Of a stretch of 64,000 bases of DNA, positions 62,001 to 64,000 are shown piece after piece. The position numbers and the translations under genes are program-made. The stretch is taken from the NCBI GenBank assembly GCA_964016885.1, contig OZ024742.1:323702001-323766000 (forward strand), given 5' to 3'. This stretch comes from Eledone cirrhosa. Its lineage: Eukaryota. Positions within the stretch are counted from its first letter, which is position 1, and each line of letters opens with the position of its first letter. The notes below the pieces were generated by a model that ran no database searches, was not told the DNA's origin, and saw only the letters and a list, made by a program, of their open reading frames with translations.

Positions 62001-64000
62001 CTACTTCCATCTACAACACACTACTGCCATCTACAACACATTACCTCCATCTACAACACACTACTGCCATCTACACCACACTACCTCCATCTACAACACA
62101 CTACCGCCATCTAAAACACACTACAGCCATCTACAACACACTACCGCCATCTACAACACACTACTGCCATCTACAACGCACTGCCACCATCTACATCGCA
62201 CTACCGCCATCTACAAAGCGCTACTGCCATCTACAACACACTATCGCCATCTACAACACACTATCACCATCTACAACACACTATCGCCATCTACAACACA
62301 CTACTGCCATCTACAACACACTACTTTCATTTACAAAAGACTATCGCCATCTACAAAACACTACTGCCATCTACAACACACTACCTCCATCTACAACACA
62401 CTACTTCCATCTACAACACACTACCGCCGTCTACAACGCACTCCAGCCATCTACAACGCAGTACCGGCATCCACAGCACACTACCACCATCTACAACACA
62501 CTACCGCCGTCTACAACACACTACTTCCATCTACAACACACTACTTCCATCTACAACACACTACTTCTATCTACAATACACTACTGCCATCTACAACACA
62601 TTACCTCCATCTATAACACACTACTGCCATCTACACCACACTACCTCCATCTACAACACACTACCGCCATCTAAACCACACTACAGCCATCTACAACACA
62701 CTACCGCCATCTACAACGCACTGCCGCCATCTACATCGACCTACCGCCATCTACAACACACTACTGCCATCTACACCACACTACCTCCATCTACAACACA
62801 CTACCGCCATCTACAACACACTACCGCCATCTACAACGCACTACCGCCATATACATCGCACTACCGCCATATACAAAGCGCTACTGCCATCTACAACACA
62901 TTACTGCCATCTACAACACAATACCACCATCTACAACACACTACCTCCATCTACAACACACTACTTCCATCTACAACACACTACTTCCATCTACAACACA
63001 CTACTGCCGTCTACAACGCACTCCCGCCATCCACAACGCACTACCGGCATCCACAACACACTACCGCCATCTACAACACACTACCGCCATCTACAACACG
63101 CTACTTCCATCTACAACACACTACTTCCATCTACAACACACTACTTCCATCTACAACACACTACTGCCATCTACAACACGTTACCTCCATCTACAACACA
63201 CTACTGCCATCTACACCACACTACCTCCATCTACAACACACTACCGCCGTCTAAAACACACTACAGCCGTCTACAACACACTACCGCCATCTACAACACA
63301 CTACTGCCATCTACACCACACTACCTCCATCTACAACACACTACCGCCATCTACAACACACTACCGCCATCTACAACGCACTGCCGCCATCTATATCGCA
63401 CTACCGCCATCTACAAAGCGCAACTGCCATCTACAACACACTACTGCCATCTACAACACACTATCGCCATCTACCACACACTATCGCCATCTACAACACA
63501 CTACTGCCATCTACAACACACTACTTCCATCTACAACACACTACTTCCATCTACAACACACTACTGCCATCTACAACACATTACCTCCATCTACAACACA
63601 CTACTGCCATCTACACCACACTACCTCCATCTACAACACACTACCGCCATCTACAATGCACTGCCGCCATCTACATCGACCTACCGCCATCTACAACACA
63701 CTACTGCCATCTACACCACACTACCTCCATCTACAACACACTACTGCCATCTACAACACACTACCGCCATCTACAACGCACTACCGCCATCTACACCGCA
63801 CTACCGCCATATACAAAGCGCTACTGCGATCTACAACACACTACTGCCATCTACAACACACTACCACCATCTACAACACACTACCTCCATCTACAACACA
63901 CTACTTCCATCTACAACACACTACTTCCATCTACAACACACTACTGCCGTCTACAACGCACTGCCGCCATCCACAACGCACTACCGGCATCCACAACACA
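47015..64000. repeat. Right sub-array with a ~1.5-kb (about 72-82 monomer) higher-order repeat
   Basis: The marker TATAT-CGCACTA-CCG...AGCGCAACTG starts at 47715, 49235, 54814, 56254, 57896, 59456, 61837 and 63397. The marker CTTTCATTTACAAAAGACTA recurs in step. Confidence 0.82.
50335..52692. repeat. Tandem duplication of a 1179-bp block (50335-51513 / 51514-52692)
   Basis: 19-bp monomers at 51295/52474, CCATGCACT ATGs at 51373/52552 and the private variant GTACGGGCATCC in both copies. Confidence 0.9.

Larger units (their letters stand above)
1..64000. repeat. 20-bp tandem satellite/minisatellite array, consensus CACACTA[CTG/CCG/CTT/CCT/TCG/CCA]CCATCTACAA, about 3,200 monomers, extending beyond both window edges
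   Basis: Every line consists of this monomer in one orientation. The CTG monomer has 8 C, 7 A, 4 T and 1 G. Phase shifts are accounted for by 14 monomers of 17 bp, 18 of 18 bp, 10 of 19 bp, two of 21 bp and one of 22 bp. Confidence 0.99.

Noticed and set aside
1-64000. CRISPR array
   Set aside because: There are no unique spacers (only a 3-nt low-diversity slot), no palindromic repeat, no leader and no cas genes.
1-64000. Synthetic DNA recorder/data store, or de novo reverse-transcriptase-written tape
   Set aside because: Rare point variants and indels are inherited in identical order across kilobase duplicates, which indicates natural block duplication. No adapters or RT gene are present.
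1-64000. G-quadruplex, i-motif or hairpin array
   Set aside because: The consensus has no G3/C3 tracts (only GG or GGCGG on the - strand), and the near absence of G on the + strand precludes stable stems.
1-64000. Embedded transposon, tRNA/rRNA or unique island
   Set aside because: No stretch departs from the monomer by more than a few bases anywhere in the window.

Overview
The whole 64 kb window is one uninterrupted head-to-tail satellite/minisatellite array of a 20-bp monomer, CACACTA-NNN-CCATCTACAA. There is no unique sequence, no inversion and no array boundary. By hand count there are about 3,204 complete monomers plus 4 bp; the 45 length-variant monomers I listed sum to -84 bp, which is consistent with the final repeat phase. 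Common variation is concentrated in one 3-nt slot (mostly CTG, CCG, CTT, CCT, TCG, CCA). The order of variant monomers shows nested higher-order repeats, recent tandem duplications (180 bp to about 4.8 kb), longer-range copies and a left-to-right succession of variant domains. All supplied ORFs are best explained as artefacts: the G-poor + strand has no stop codon in the consensus, and since 20 is not divisible by 3 every frame gives the same 20-aa repeat. I find no credible gene, RNA gene, mobile element or CRISPR array, and cannot name the organism (probably a eukaryote). I cannot demonstrate a new biological system; the best leads are the '17 constant + 3 variable' monomer design, the 10-bp CTAC/TA periodicity and the slot-dependent CpG and GCCAT motif. 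All coordinates were read by eye.
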